A stretch of 32,000 nt of DNA, from the NCBI RefSeq assembly GCF_037902255.1, contig NZ_CP147990.1, positions 600,001 through 632,000 on the forward strand. The letters run 5' to 3'. This DNA is from Candidatus Electrothrix sp. GW3-4. GTDB lineage: Bacteria; Desulfobacterota; Desulfobulbia; Desulfobulbales; Desulfobulbaceae. How positions within the stretch are numbered: the first letter of the stretch is position 1; each line of letters opens with the position of its first letter. Under the pieces are notes generated by a model. It was not told the origin of the DNA. It did not search any database and saw nothing but the letters and a program-made list of their open reading frames with translations. Positions 9,453 to 18,935 of this stretch are shown piece by piece. The translations under genes were made by a program, and so were the position numbers.

Positions 9453-12011
9453 TTAACTCAACTTTCCGCAACATTTTTTATACTTCTGACCAGAGCCACA
9501 AGGACAGGGAGCATTACGACCAATTTTATCGCTATCTCGACGGACCGTCTTTGGGCCCTCGTCCCCAGATCCCGATGAAGCGGCAGACAGTCTGGCCTGT
9601 TCCAGCTCTGCTTCCTGTTTGCGTCGCTGCTCCTCTTCAAAGCGATCCACTTCCTCGCTTTGGAGAATCCGAACATGCATCAGGGTGGTGATGGTCTGCT
9701 CCTTCACCGTCTCGATCATGGAGAGGAAGAGGTCATAGCCCTCTTTTTTATACTCATCCAAGGGGTTTTTCTGACCATAGCCACGTAGGCCAATGCCTTC
9801 CTTCAGGTGATCCATATTAAGCAGATGTTCCTTCCACAGGGTATCCACCATCTGGAGGAGAACCATCCGTTCAATCTGACGCATCTGGTCAGCCCGGTTG
9901 CGTTCATCCTGAGCTTTATAAGCCTGCTCAGCAACTGTCTGCAAGGTTTCCTGTAAGGATTCAGCAGTCACTTCCGTGGGGTCAGTAGCCAGCCAGCCCG
10001 GTTTGATATTGAACAGCTCCTCAACCCGGTCGTTTAAGGCGTCCCATTCCCAATCTTCAGGATGTTTGCGATCCTGGGCCGTCTCGTCAACCAGGTCGTC
10101 AACCAGATCCTGGATCATGTCCTCGATAATCTCGCGGACATCCTCGCTTTCCAGAACCTTACGGCGTTGACTGTAGATGACCTCACGCTGCTTGTTCATG
10201 ACATCATCATATTCCAGCAAATGCTTTCGGATATCAAAGTTATGGCCTTCCACCTTACGTTGGGCGTTTTCAATGGCCTTAGAGATCATGCTGTGCTCAA
10301 TGGGCTCATCCTCTTCCATGCCCAGTTTATCCATGATCGTACCGAGTTTTCCAGAACCAAAGATCCGCAACAGGTCATCTTCCAGCGAAAGGAAAAAACG
10401 GGAGGAGCCCGGATCGCCCTGGCGGCCGGAACGACCCCGCAGCTGGTTGTCGATGCGGCGGGATTCATGGCGACTGGTGCCCAGAATATGGAGACCACCT
10501 GCTTCGCGTACCCCTTGGCCCAGCTTGATGTCAGTACCACGCCCGGCCATATTGGTGGCAATGGTGATCTTCCCTGTCTGGCCAGCGTCAGCGATGATTT
10601 CCGCCTCTCGCTCATGATGCTTGGCGTTCAGTACTTCATGGGGGATGCGTTCCTTTTTGAGCATCCTGGAGATCTTTTCCGAGACATCAATAGAGATCGT
10701 GCCCACCAGCACGGGCTGGCCTTTGCCATGCAGTTCTTTGATCTCCCGGACAATGGCCCGATACTTGGCTGCCTGATTTTTGTAAATAACATCCGCATAA
10801 TCCTTGCGGGCCATATCCCGGTTGGTGGGGATGATGATCACGTCCAGATCATAGATCTTTTTAAACTCAGGCGCTTCTGTGTCCGCTGTTCCGGTCATGC
10901 CTGCCAGCTTGTCGTACATGCGGAAATAGTTCTGAAAGGTGATAGAGGCCAGGGTCTGGTTTTCCTTTTCGATCTTGACCCCTTCCTTGGCTTCCAGGGC
11001 CTGATGGAGCCCGTCCGAATAGCGACGTCCCTCCATGGTTCGACCGGTGAATTCATCAACAATGATCACCTCACCGTTCTTGACGATGTAGTCCACATCC
11101 CGTTGAAACAGGACATGGGCCTTGAGGGCCTGGTTGACATGGTGGAGCTGGTTAATATTGCTGGGATCATAGAGGTTATCTACACCGAGCAATTCTTCGC
11201 CAAGTATGACCCCTTCATCGGTGAGCAGGGCCTGGCGGGCCTTTTCATCCTTGGTGTAATGTTCATCCTCTTTGAAGTTTTTCATGATCCGATCCACTTT
11301 GAGGTACATGTCCGTGGACATGTCTGCTGGGCCGGAGATGATCAGGGGCGTTCGAGCCTCATCAATCAGGATGGAGTCCACCTCGTCAACAATGGCGAAA
11401 TGGAACCCGCGCTGGCAGAAATCCGCTGTGTCGAATTTCATATTATCGCGCAGATAGTCAAAGCCGAACTCGTTATTGGTCCCGTAGGTGACATCTGCGT
11501 CATAGGCCTCCTTGCGGGCAGCATCATCCATATCATGGACAATGGCCCCAGTGCTCAGGCCGAGAAAATGGTAGAGCTTGCCCATCCATTCCACGTCACG
11601 GCTCGCCAGATAATCATTGACCGTGACCACATGGACGCCCTTGCCGGTGAGGGCATTAAGATAGACCGCAGCAGTGGAGGTCAGGGTCTTGCCCTCACCG
11701 GTCTTCATCTCGGCAATCTTGCCCTGGTGGAGGACAATACCGCCGATGAGCTGGACATCGTAATGGCGCTCGCCCAGGACCCGTTTGGCAGCCTCCCGGC
11801 AGACCGCAAAGGCCTCGGGCAGGAGCTCGTCTAAGGTCTCTCCATCTCTATACCGTTTTTTGAATTCCGTTGTTTTTTCCTGTAACTGAATGTCGCTGAG
11901 CGGCTCTACAGAGGGTTCCAGCGCATTGATCTGCTCGACCACCTTGCGCAATACCTTGACCTCGCGATCATTTTTGCTGCCGAATACTTTGGTTAACGCT
12001 TTGCCTATCAT
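9453..12011 (-). CDS. secA: Preprotein translocase ATPase SecA
   Basis: [17 protein letters not shown].., the Walker A motif [28 protein letters not shown], the [10 protein letters not shown] motif and a C-terminal zinc finger [14 protein letters not shown]. The start is set at 12011 (GGAGAGAGGA RBS) rather than the track's 12068. Confidence 0.97.
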   Translation of the reverse strand: MIGKALTKVFGSKNDREVKVLRKVVEQINALEPSVEPLSDIQLQEKTTEFKKRYRDGETLDELLPEAFAVCREAAKRVLGERHYDVQLIGGIVLHQGKIAEMKTGEGKTLTSTAAVYLNALTGKGVHVVTVNDYLASRDVEWMGKLYHFLGLSTGAIVHDMDDAARKEAYDADVTYGTNNEFGFDYLRDNMKFDTADFCQRGFHFAIVDEVDSILIDEARTPLIISGPADMSTDMYLKVDRIMKNFKEDEHYTKDEKARQALLTDEGVILGEELLGVDNLYDPSNINQLHHVNQALKAHVLFQRDVDYIVKNGEVIIVDEFTGRTMEGRRYSDGLHQALEAKEGVKIEKENQTLASITFQNYFRMYDKLAGMTGTADTEAPEFKKIYDLDVIIIPTNRDMARKDYADVIYKNQAAKYRAIVREIKELHGKGQPVLVGTISIDVSEKISRMLKKERIPHEVLNAKHHEREAEIIADAGQTGKITIATNMAGRGTDIKLGQGVREAGGLHILGTSRHESRRIDNQLRGRSGRQGDPGSSRFFLSLEDDLLRIFGSGKLGTIMDKLGMEEDEPIEHSMISKAIENAQRKVEGHNFDIRKHLLEYDDVMNKQREVIYSQRRKVLESEDVREIIEDMIQDLVDDLVDETAQDRKHPEDWEWDALNDRVEELFNIKPGWLATDPTEVTAESLQETLQTVAEQAYKAQDERNRADQMRQIERMVLLQMVDTLWKEHLLNMDHLKEGIGLRGYGQKNPLDEYKKEGYDLFLSMIETVKEQTITTLMHVRILQSEEVDRFEEEQRRKQEAELEQARLSAASSGSGDEGPKTVRRDSDKIGRNAPCPCGSGQKYKKCCGKLS

Positions 12012-12115
12012 TCCTCTCTCCGCAAGCAGAACCAGGGGTTCTCTTTCTCTTCTTTTTTTGCAGGCCAATATCGATAGATATCAATGGCCCGTGTTTTTAG
12101 TCTATGCAGGGTGCG

Positions 12116-12207
12116 GTAGGGGCGAACCCCTGTGTTCATCCAGCCCCCTGTGTTCGTCTTGAAACGTTCGGTGCGGGGGATGGGCAGGCACGGGGGCCTG
12201 CCCCTAT
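12116..12207. repeat. REPIN between secA and the GNAT gene
   Basis: gtaGGGGCGAAcccctgtgTTCatCC ... GGGCAGGCacggggGCCTGCCCctat. It overlaps the GNAT stop codon at 12204-12206. Confidence 0.75.
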
Positions 12208-12677
12208 ATTCCTGTTTTCTTCTTTGCTCTCCAGATCAGGGCCTCTTCGTCACAGTCGGGAAACTTTGGGCATTGAAGACAATCGCTCCATATTTTATGG
12301 GGGAGATCATTCTTTTCTATAGGATGAAAATCGAGCTTACTGAAAAAGGCAGCTTGATAGGTCAGGGTAAAGACCTGGCCTATCTCCAGGCTTTGCGCCT
12401 CATCAAGGCAGGAATGCACCAGTTGCCTGCCAATCCCCTTGCCCTGGTGTTGTTCCGCAACGGCCAGCGAGCGTATCTCTGCCAGATTTTCCCAGGAGAT
12501 ATGGAGGGCGCAGACGCCCTGAATGCCGTTATCGTCCAAGACAATAAAGTCGCGCAACTGGTCATAGAGCGAGCTGATGGAGCGGCCCAGAAGCAGGCCC
12601 TTGGCGGCAAACTGCTGCAAGAGGTTGTGGATATCCTTGACATCGCTCATCCGGGCCGGACGGATGGGGACCCTCAT
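12204..12677 (-). CDS. GNAT family N-acetyltransferase (ArgA C-terminal-domain-like)
   Basis: IRPARMSDVKDI..L.......L..R....L......F.VLDDNG.I.GVCAL.....LAEIRSLAV...HQGKGIGRQL (acetyl-CoA Q/RxxGxG motif). MRVPIRPA (12677) is the likely start, with 12725 as an alternative. Confidence 0.8.
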   Translation of the reverse strand: MRVPIRPARMSDVKDIHNLLQQFAAKGLLLGRSISSLYDQLRDFIVLDDNGIQGVCALHISWENLAEIRSLAVAEQHQGKGIGRQLVHSCLDEAQSLEIGQVFTLTYQAAFFSKLDFHPIEKNDLPHKIWSDCLQCPKFPDCDEEALIWRAKKKTGI

Positions 12678-12835
12678 GACGCCCGGTGCAGTGTTGCATC
12701 TGCAATCTGTTGTACAATTATTCATTATGGCCTGTCAAATTATTCAAAATTTTTCCAACCTACTCCTTTACCGACTGTTGGTCAAGGGGGCAAATGATTT
12801 ATATATAATATCAGATCTATAGCCGTTGGTTTGGC

Positions 12836-13165
12836 TTAGGGTCCCTGGTATAGGGAGGGCTCACGGGGAGAGATGCGCCTTTTTCGTTCCCTGGGTTGAA
12901 CGCAGATCGCAGAGGTATCTGTTACGTCAGGCCGGGGCAATGTTGACTCCAGCTGGGCTTCTGGTGCAATTTTTTGGTCAATCGGAGCAGTCGGGCAGGG
13001 GGAGATGATCGTCTTGCCAGCCCAGATTCCCAGGAAGAACATCCAGAGAAAAAGGCAGAAGGTGGTCAGAGCTATCCCGGCAACACCGCTCAGGGTGAGC
13101 TGAAAGGTAAAATGTTTGACCGGTGCTTTTTTCGCGGCAGAAGGTGTTTTTTTACGTGGCGGCAT
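12836..13165 (-). CDS. Small hypothetical membrane protein (basic N-terminus plus one TM helix)
   Basis: MPPRKKTPSAAKKAP.. is followed by the TM segment GVAGIALTTFCLFLWMFFLGIWAG. No recognisable domain. Confidence 0.4.
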   Translation of the reverse strand: MPPRKKTPSAAKKAPVKHFTFQLTLSGVAGIALTTFCLFLWMFFLGIWAGKTIISPCPTAPIDQKIAPEAQLESTLPRPDVTDTSAICVQPRERKRRISPREPSLYQGP

Positions 13166-13171
13166 CGGGAA

Positions 13172-13399
13172 CTAGGCAATGTTAACTGCATACAGCAGAG
13201 GACTTGTGCTTGAGTAAATTTTCTCTATCATCTCATAATCAGGGTTTCTTTTCAAACATTTCTTTACAACCGGGCCATGCTGATGCGAATCAGGTCTTAT
13301 GGAGACAATAACCTCTTTAGAGGAGTTATGGAACCTTTGTGTACGGACGTTTTTTTTATAAGGGGCAGAAGGATTTTCCTGTAAAATAGGGGTAAGCAT
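13172..13399 (-). CDS. Hypothetical protein (75 aa), weak call
   Basis: The ORF lies directly upstream of 12836-13165 on the same strand with a 6-nt gap. No recognisable motif. Confidence 0.3.
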   Translation of the reverse strand: MLTPILQENPSAPYKKNVRTQRFHNSSKEVIVSIRPDSHQHGPVVKKCLKRNPDYEMIEKIYSSTSPLLYAVNIA

Positions 13400-13544
13400 C
13401 TCCTCTTTATTTCCCCCTTTTTTCGTTATTGTATTTTTTCAATATTACTGTAACGTTCCTCAAGTATAAAAATTTGTTCTTTTTGCCTCTTACTCGGATA
13501 ATAAAATCCTAAATATATCCTCCCCGTTTCCGAAGGAATAAACT

Positions 13545-16500
13545 ATGCGTAGCGTATCCTCTTTTGTTCGGTCCCACGGTTTTTCTTTTTCTTTTTCATC
13601 ATTCTTTATTCCTCCCCTGCTTTTTTTACTCATTCTTACTGGCTGTTCCAGTGATGATATACAAATTGAATTGACGGGAAAAATAGATCAGGGCTTTTCA
13701 GCAGGTACAAAGGCCTGCCTTGATATCTCAGGGAATGGGAAATGTGATGCGGACGAGCCATCCGCTCAGACAACCCCTGACGGCACCTATACAATCCTTA
13801 TTCCGGCCGAGAGCTTCGGAGATTTCCCCATCGTCGTTGAGTCGGCTTCCACTTCCAGTACTTCCCAGGAAAAGGCCGTTCAACTCTCCGCACCGGCAGG
13901 GAAGCACGAGTTTGTCTCGCCGGTCTCCACTGCTGTGCAGAGCAGGGTGTATCAGGGCAGCAGTTTGGCTGAGGCTGAAGCGGAGGTTCGAGCCCGCTAT
14001 GCCCTGCCAGAGGATGTTGATCTGTATGCGGATTATCAGGGTGGTTCTGTGCAACCTGAGACTGTGCAGGCCTTGATTGAGGCGGCTGAGGAGATTGGGG
14101 AAGATTTAGGAATTGAGGTGGTTGAGCAGGCAGACGCTGCTGAGGATGTTGCTGTTTCGCAGCGGGTTGGGGTGCGTAGGGCCAGTGATGCAAGCAGAGC
14201 CAGTGAGGCGAGCGATTCTGTTTCGTCCTCTGTTACAACGATTGCTGCAACGAACAATAATGATGCCGAGGCGGTGCAGGGGCAAAGTGCGGATGAACAG
14301 GTGCTTGTTGCTGCTGATGAGAATGCAGTTACTTCTGAAGAAGCTGTAGCTAGCGAGGCGGCGAGTTGTATTACTAAAATTAAATATGCCTATGAATTAT
14401 ATGGCCCACAGCCAGAACAACCAGAATTTGTTGAAGCAGGTACGGCAGTAACCGTTAAGTGGCGTGTATACAACGATCCTGAGTATAATTGTGACGTGGA
14501 GGATCTTCGGCTTGGATTTTATAAATCTACCCCTGGAAGCGAAACAGCAGATTACGGTGATGACGATCATCCTTCGTTTTCGCTAAAATCAGGGGAAGAT
14601 AAAATAATAGAAGCCAATATAGTTGCAGCTCCAGGTACTGAGGCGATCGGTACGAAATTTAAGGTTGAGTTCGATGTTCTTAAATCTGACGGAACCCCTC
14701 TTGATCCTTTAGTAAAAGGAAGATTGTATACAGAATTTACAATAATTCCCGGAGTAGATCCCCCTGAACCCCAAGATTGCACAGCAGAACTTACGTGGAG
14801 CGAACCAAAATTTGATGCTGGAGAACTTGCCAAAGGAGAAAGTGCAAAATTTCTTTGGTTTGTCACAAATACTTCCACAGACTGCGATGCCGTAGATTAT
14901 CATCTCGGCTTTAAATCCGCTGAACCAACCAGCCCCACCGCCGATTACGGCGGAATGGGACACGAGCCCTTTACGCTGCTGAGAGGAGAAAGCGGCATGG
15001 TGCAAGCAATAATACTTGCACCGAAAGAAGAGGGAACCTACAAGGCGACCTTTGATATCTACACCCATAAAGACGAATTGATACCCACCCCCGCAGGACT
15101 GGAAAACCTGTATGCGGAATTTAAGGTAACCGAGAAAGAGCCTCCACCGCCAGTTGACCCCTGCGCTGGAGTACTTGCCCCGACCGTACAAAGTGTCCGG
15201 CTGATACAGATGGGCGGCGGCAAGGTGCTTGTGACGGCTGATGTTCCCGGTGACCCGGATAAACTCACCGTGACCCTGGATCTCAATGGTCAAGAATACA
15301 CTATGAGTAAGCTGGATTCTGGGGCTTACGGAGCAATGGGTGAGGGAAAGAAAACCGGTAAGAATGATTACACGGTATCCGCTGGCAACGGCTGTAATTT
15401 TCATGAACTCGTCTTTGTTGACGGAGTTCTTGATTCCTATAACACAGGTGTCTGTTGTCAGGATGCCATGATGTCCTGTGAGAATCTTAGAAAATGCGGA
15501 CGGAACCAGTTTGCCGCTGCCAAGGGGCATCCGGTCAGCACTTGGAACGGCAATTTTGCCGAGATGGTCACTGACGGAGCTGTGGCCGGTATCGGCGACG
15601 CTGATCTGTTCATAAGTCGTGGGTACAACTCATCGGCAGCCTTCGGAGATGCCGCCTCTGTTTACGAATACACAGAGTCAGGTCGAGAAAAGGTCGCAGG
15701 TCCGCCGCAATACTTCGGTACCGGCTGGTCATCCAATCTTGATTCCTATCTCCTGGTTATGGACTATGCCCCATTGTATGAGGGGGTGCAGATCAGGTTC
15801 CCGGACGGTCATACCCAGAATTTCGAGAAAAGCGGCGATACATATGAGCCTTCCACAGCGGACAATTTTGATGTTTTAACCAAGGAAGGGGAAGATTTTC
15901 TCCTTGAACGGAAGCATAATCTTGAAATCTGGCATTTTGGATCAGACGGTAGGCTGCTGGATATAAAGGACAAGAACGACAATACTGTTGCGTATACCTA
16001 TGCCGGTGATCAGCTGACCAAAATCAGTGATGGAAAGCGATCCATAATGTTCAGTTATGATGCAGAAGGTCATATAACAGAGGCATCTCTGCCTGAAGGT
16101 ATTGTTCTTTCTTATGAATATAATGATGACCTGCTTACCGGGTTTACAGACGGACGAGGCAACCGGACAGCATATCAATATGACGACAATAAGCAGTTGA
16201 TAGAAATCGTCACCCCGTTAGGGCATTCTTCGGTGCAGATGAGCTATGACGAAAGTTACCGGGTAACCAGCCAGACAGTCGGGGAAGATGAGCTGTATTC
16301 CTTTGTGTATGAAGGCGAGGATGTCGCCGAGGCAACCACCATCACGGACAGCTACGGCAATGCCACCGTTCAGAAGCACGATGAGGACGGGCGACAGACC
16401 GAAGTAATTCACCCTGACGGCAGTACAGAGAAGTTTGAACACGATGAGAACAGCAACCGTAGCTATTACCAAGATCCCGCAGGGGGAGAGTACCGCTATA

Positions 16501-18782
16501 GCTATGATGATAAGGGGAATATGCTTACCCTTTCTGGACCTCTTGGACTGTATAAGGAATGGGATTATAACGAAAAAAGTCTCGTAGAATCAAAGACAGA
16601 AAAGATTGATGAAAGCAAGAGCCGTACCTTTAACTACGAGTATGATGAGAACGGTAACCTTGTACAATTCTGTCTTCCGCTCGGAGACTGCGGAAATATT
16701 ACATACAATTCAAACGGACTTCCTGAGAAGCTTACCGACCTGAGAGGAAACAGCACCGTCAACAGCTATGACAGTGAGGGCGACCTTATCACTGTAACCG
16801 ATCCCGAAGGAGCAATTACCGCATTTGAGCATGACGGATTAGGCCGGATCACAGGTAAAACAAAGCCTCTCGGAAATTCTTACAGCTACACCTACGATGA
16901 AAATTCAAACCTCACAGCCGTAGACGGGCCGTTAGGTTTTCATATCGGTTATGAATATGATGTAAATAATAATCTCAGCAAGTCCGTTGATCCCAACGGC
17001 GGAGAGATCAAATATAGTTATACCCAGTCAGAAAGCATTAAAACCGTCACCAATCAGTTAGGCTTTGTCACTGCTTTTTCATACGGACTTATGAACGAGC
17101 GGACAGGGGTAACCGACCCCGAGGGCAGGGTTTGGACGTATACATATAACGATATGTTGAGGGTGACCGATGTAAACGGCCCACTCGGATACCACCAAGG
17201 CTTTGCATACAATGCCCTTGGACTGGTCACTGATTCCACAGATCCAGAAGGGAAAGTAAAGCATATTGAATATGATCCCTTGGGAAGACCGCTTGAAGTA
17301 ACCCAAAATTATGTTGCTGGGGGTGCTGAGGACTCGGATACCAATGTAAGCACTTCTTTTAGTTACGACCTGTTGGGCAACAGGCTTTCAGTTACTGACC
17401 CTGAAGGGTATGCGTTCAAGGCTGAATATGATCTGCAAGGCAGACTTGTAAAAAGGCAGGATGCAGAAAGCTTTGAGTGGGAATATTCTTATGATCCAAT
17501 GGGCAAACTTCTTGCCGAGCTGAACCCCAGAGGATACAGCACTGCCTACAGCTACACCCCTACAGGTCGGCTCCAGTCTATAGCCAATCCTGAACAGCAC
17601 ACCCAGACTTTTGCCTATAATGCCAACGGCTCTTTGCTTGAAATTAAAGACCCTAAGGGCATTCAGACCGCCTACAGCTACAACGAGCTTGACCGCAGAG
17701 TTTCCAAAATCAGAAATTACAAACCTGCTGTTAATCCTGATAATGAAACCAATGTAACCACCAAGTTTGAATATGATGTAGCGGGTAACCTGCGATTTGT
17801 AACCAACCCGCTCAATCATAAAGGCGAAATCAAATATGATTCCGCCCACCGTAAAACCGAGATAGTTGATTTTGAGGGCGGTAACACCACCCTTGAATAT
17901 GACAAGGTAAATAACCTTGTCAGGGTCACAGATGCTGAGGGTAATTCCACAGCCTACAGTGTTGATGAACTGGACCGGCTCGTTTCCGTCACCAATGCTG
18001 AAAATGAGACCGTGGGTTATACCTATGACCTCGTAGGCAACCGTACCCAGCTTATACAACCTGATGACACCGTTACTCTGTTTGAGTTTGACGGGGTATA
18101 CAGGCTTAATAGAGTTCACGAGAATTATCGCCCTGACCAGGAAGCGGGGAATGATGTAAATGCCCTTACAGCTTACAGCTATGACCGCAGGGGACTGCTC
18201 ACAGGCATAGTGAATGCCAACGGAGCCGAGACCCTGTTTGCTCATAACGGTGTAGGCAAGATGATTCAAGAGACCGATCCGCTCGGGATGGTCTGGCAGT
18301 ATGAATATGACGGCAACCGTAACCGCACATCTCGCAAAGATGCCAAAGGGGATCTGACTGAGTACGGATTTTTCCCTGATGATATGTTGCAAAGCATATC
18401 ATACTCAGACGGCAGCTCTGTTGCATATCAGTACGATCCGAACAATAACCGCACCAGTATGACCGATAAACTTGGTCATACCTCTTGGAGCTTTGATGCC
18501 CTGAACAGGGCAACCGAGCAGAACGATCCTTTTGACAGGGTTCTTGCCTACTCATACGATGCAGATTCAAACAGGGTAGGTATGACCTATCCTGACGGCA
18601 ACCAGGTCGCCTATGCGTACAGCCCTAACAGTTGGCTGAAAACAATGACTGACCCCGCAGGGCAGGAGATAAATTATTCTCGGGATCTGGTCGGCAATCT
18701 CACCCATATAGTTAACCCCAATCAGACTGAAACCGAAATTGCCTACGATAAGGTCTATCGTACCCTGAAACGGGTTAACTGA
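13545..18782 (+). CDS. Rhs/YD-repeat lipoprotein, N-terminal 1745 codons, ending at an in-frame TGA
   Basis: Signal peptide with lipobox LILTGC|SSDD. Two tandem ~125-aa beta-sandwich-like repeats sit at about 14367-14760 and 14778-15140. The Rhs shell entry is GHPVSTWNGNF...RGYNS. Dozens of YD repeats follow (Y.YD..G.L, e.g. YTYAGDQLTKISDG, YQYDDNKQLIEI). Confidence 0.9.
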   Translation: MRSVSSFVRSHGFSFSFSSFFIPPLLFLLILTGCSSDDIQIELTGKIDQGFSAGTKACLDISGNGKCDADEPSAQTTPDGTYTILIPAESFGDFPIVVESASTSSTSQEKAVQLSAPAGKHEFVSPVSTAVQSRVYQGSSLAEAEAEVRARYALPEDVDLYADYQGGSVQPETVQALIEAAEEIGEDLGIEVVEQADAAEDVAVSQRVGVRRASDASRASEASDSVSSSVTTIAATNNNDAEAVQGQSADEQVLVAADENAVTSEEAVASEAASCITKIKYAYELYGPQPEQPEFVEAGTAVTVKWRVYNDPEYNCDVEDLRLGFYKSTPGSETADYGDDDHPSFSLKSGEDKIIEANIVAAPGTEAIGTKFKVEFDVLKSDGTPLDPLVKGRLYTEFTIIPGVDPPEPQDCTAELTWSEPKFDAGELAKGESAKFLWFVTNTSTDCDAVDYHLGFKSAEPTSPTADYGGMGHEPFTLLRGESGMVQAIILAPKEEGTYKATFDIYTHKDELIPTPAGLENLYAEFKVTEKEPPPPVDPCAGVLAPTVQSVRLIQMGGGKVLVTADVPGDPDKLTVTLDLNGQEYTMSKLDSGAYGAMGEGKKTGKNDYTVSAGNGCNFHELVFVDGVLDSYNTGVCCQDAMMSCENLRKCGRNQFAAAKGHPVSTWNGNFAEMVTDGAVAGIGDADLFISRGYNSSAAFGDAASVYEYTESGREKVAGPPQYFGTGWSSNLDSYLLVMDYAPLYEGVQIRFPDGHTQNFEKSGDTYEPSTADNFDVLTKEGEDFLLERKHNLEIWHFGSDGRLLDIKDKNDNTVAYTYAGDQLTKISDGKRSIMFSYDAEGHITEASLPEGIVLSYEYNDDLLTGFTDGRGNRTAYQYDDNKQLIEIVTPLGHSSVQMSYDESYRVTSQTVGEDELYSFVYEGEDVAEATTITDSYGNATVQKHDEDGRQTEVIHPDGSTEKFEHDENSNRSYYQDPAGGEYRYSYDDKGNMLTLSGPLGLYKEWDYNEKSLVESKTEKIDESKSRTFNYEYDENGNLVQFCLPLGDCGNITYNSNGLPEKLTDLRGNSTVNSYDSEGDLITVTDPEGAITAFEHDGLGRITGKTKPLGNSYSYTYDENSNLTAVDGPLGFHIGYEYDVNNNLSKSVDPNGGEIKYSYTQSESIKTVTNQLGFVTAFSYGLMNERTGVTDPEGRVWTYTYNDMLRVTDVNGPLGYHQGFAYNALGLVTDSTDPEGKVKHIEYDPLGRPLEVTQNYVAGGAEDSDTNVSTSFSYDLLGNRLSVTDPEGYAFKAEYDLQGRLVKRQDAESFEWEYSYDPMGKLLAELNPRGYSTAYSYTPTGRLQSIANPEQHTQTFAYNANGSLLEIKDPKGIQTAYSYNELDRRVSKIRNYKPAVNPDNETNVTTKFEYDVAGNLRFVTNPLNHKGEIKYDSAHRKTEIVDFEGGNTTLEYDKVNNLVRVTDAEGNSTAYSVDELDRLVSVTNAENETVGYTYDLVGNRTQLIQPDDTVTLFEFDGVYRLNRVHENYRPDQEAGNDVNALTAYSYDRRGLLTGIVNANGAETLFAHNGVGKMIQETDPLGMVWQYEYDGNRNRTSRKDAKGDLTEYGFFPDDMLQSISYSDGSSVAYQYDPNNNRTSMTDKLGHTSWSFDALNRATEQNDPFDRVLAYSYDADSNRVGMTYPDGNQVAYAYSPNSWLKTMTDPAGQEINYSRDLVGNLTHIVNPNQTETEIAYDKVYRTLKRVN

Positions 18783-18935
18783 CAGACCACCCAGGGCGGA
18801 AAGGTCAACAGCGGGTTTGAATATACCTATAATGATCTAGGGCATATTACAAAAGCGGTCAAAGAATACGGCTGGCGCAAACCGTCCACCGTTACTGAGA
18901 CCTATGAGTACGACGGTCTGCATAGGCTTTCTTAT

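Noticed and set aside
10062-11834. 590-aa ORF on the plus strand
   Set aside because: It lies entirely antisense to the unmistakable secA gene. Its sequence is low-complexity and has no motifs. It is a typical shadow ORF of a long gene.
14709-18392. Long minus-strand ORFs (273 aa at 14709-15530, 334 aa at 17388-18392) inside the Rhs gene
   Set aside because: They are antisense to a strongly supported YD-repeat ORF, with no RBS or motifs. The repetitive codon structure of Rhs genes often keeps antisense frames open.
18780-18830. The in-frame TGA of the Rhs gene as a selenocysteine codon
   Set aside because: I cannot find a convincing SECIS-like hairpin within ~40 nt downstream, only a 4-bp gacc/ggtc stem. 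An Rhs shell has no redox context for Sec. A nonsense mutation or a sequencing error is more likely.
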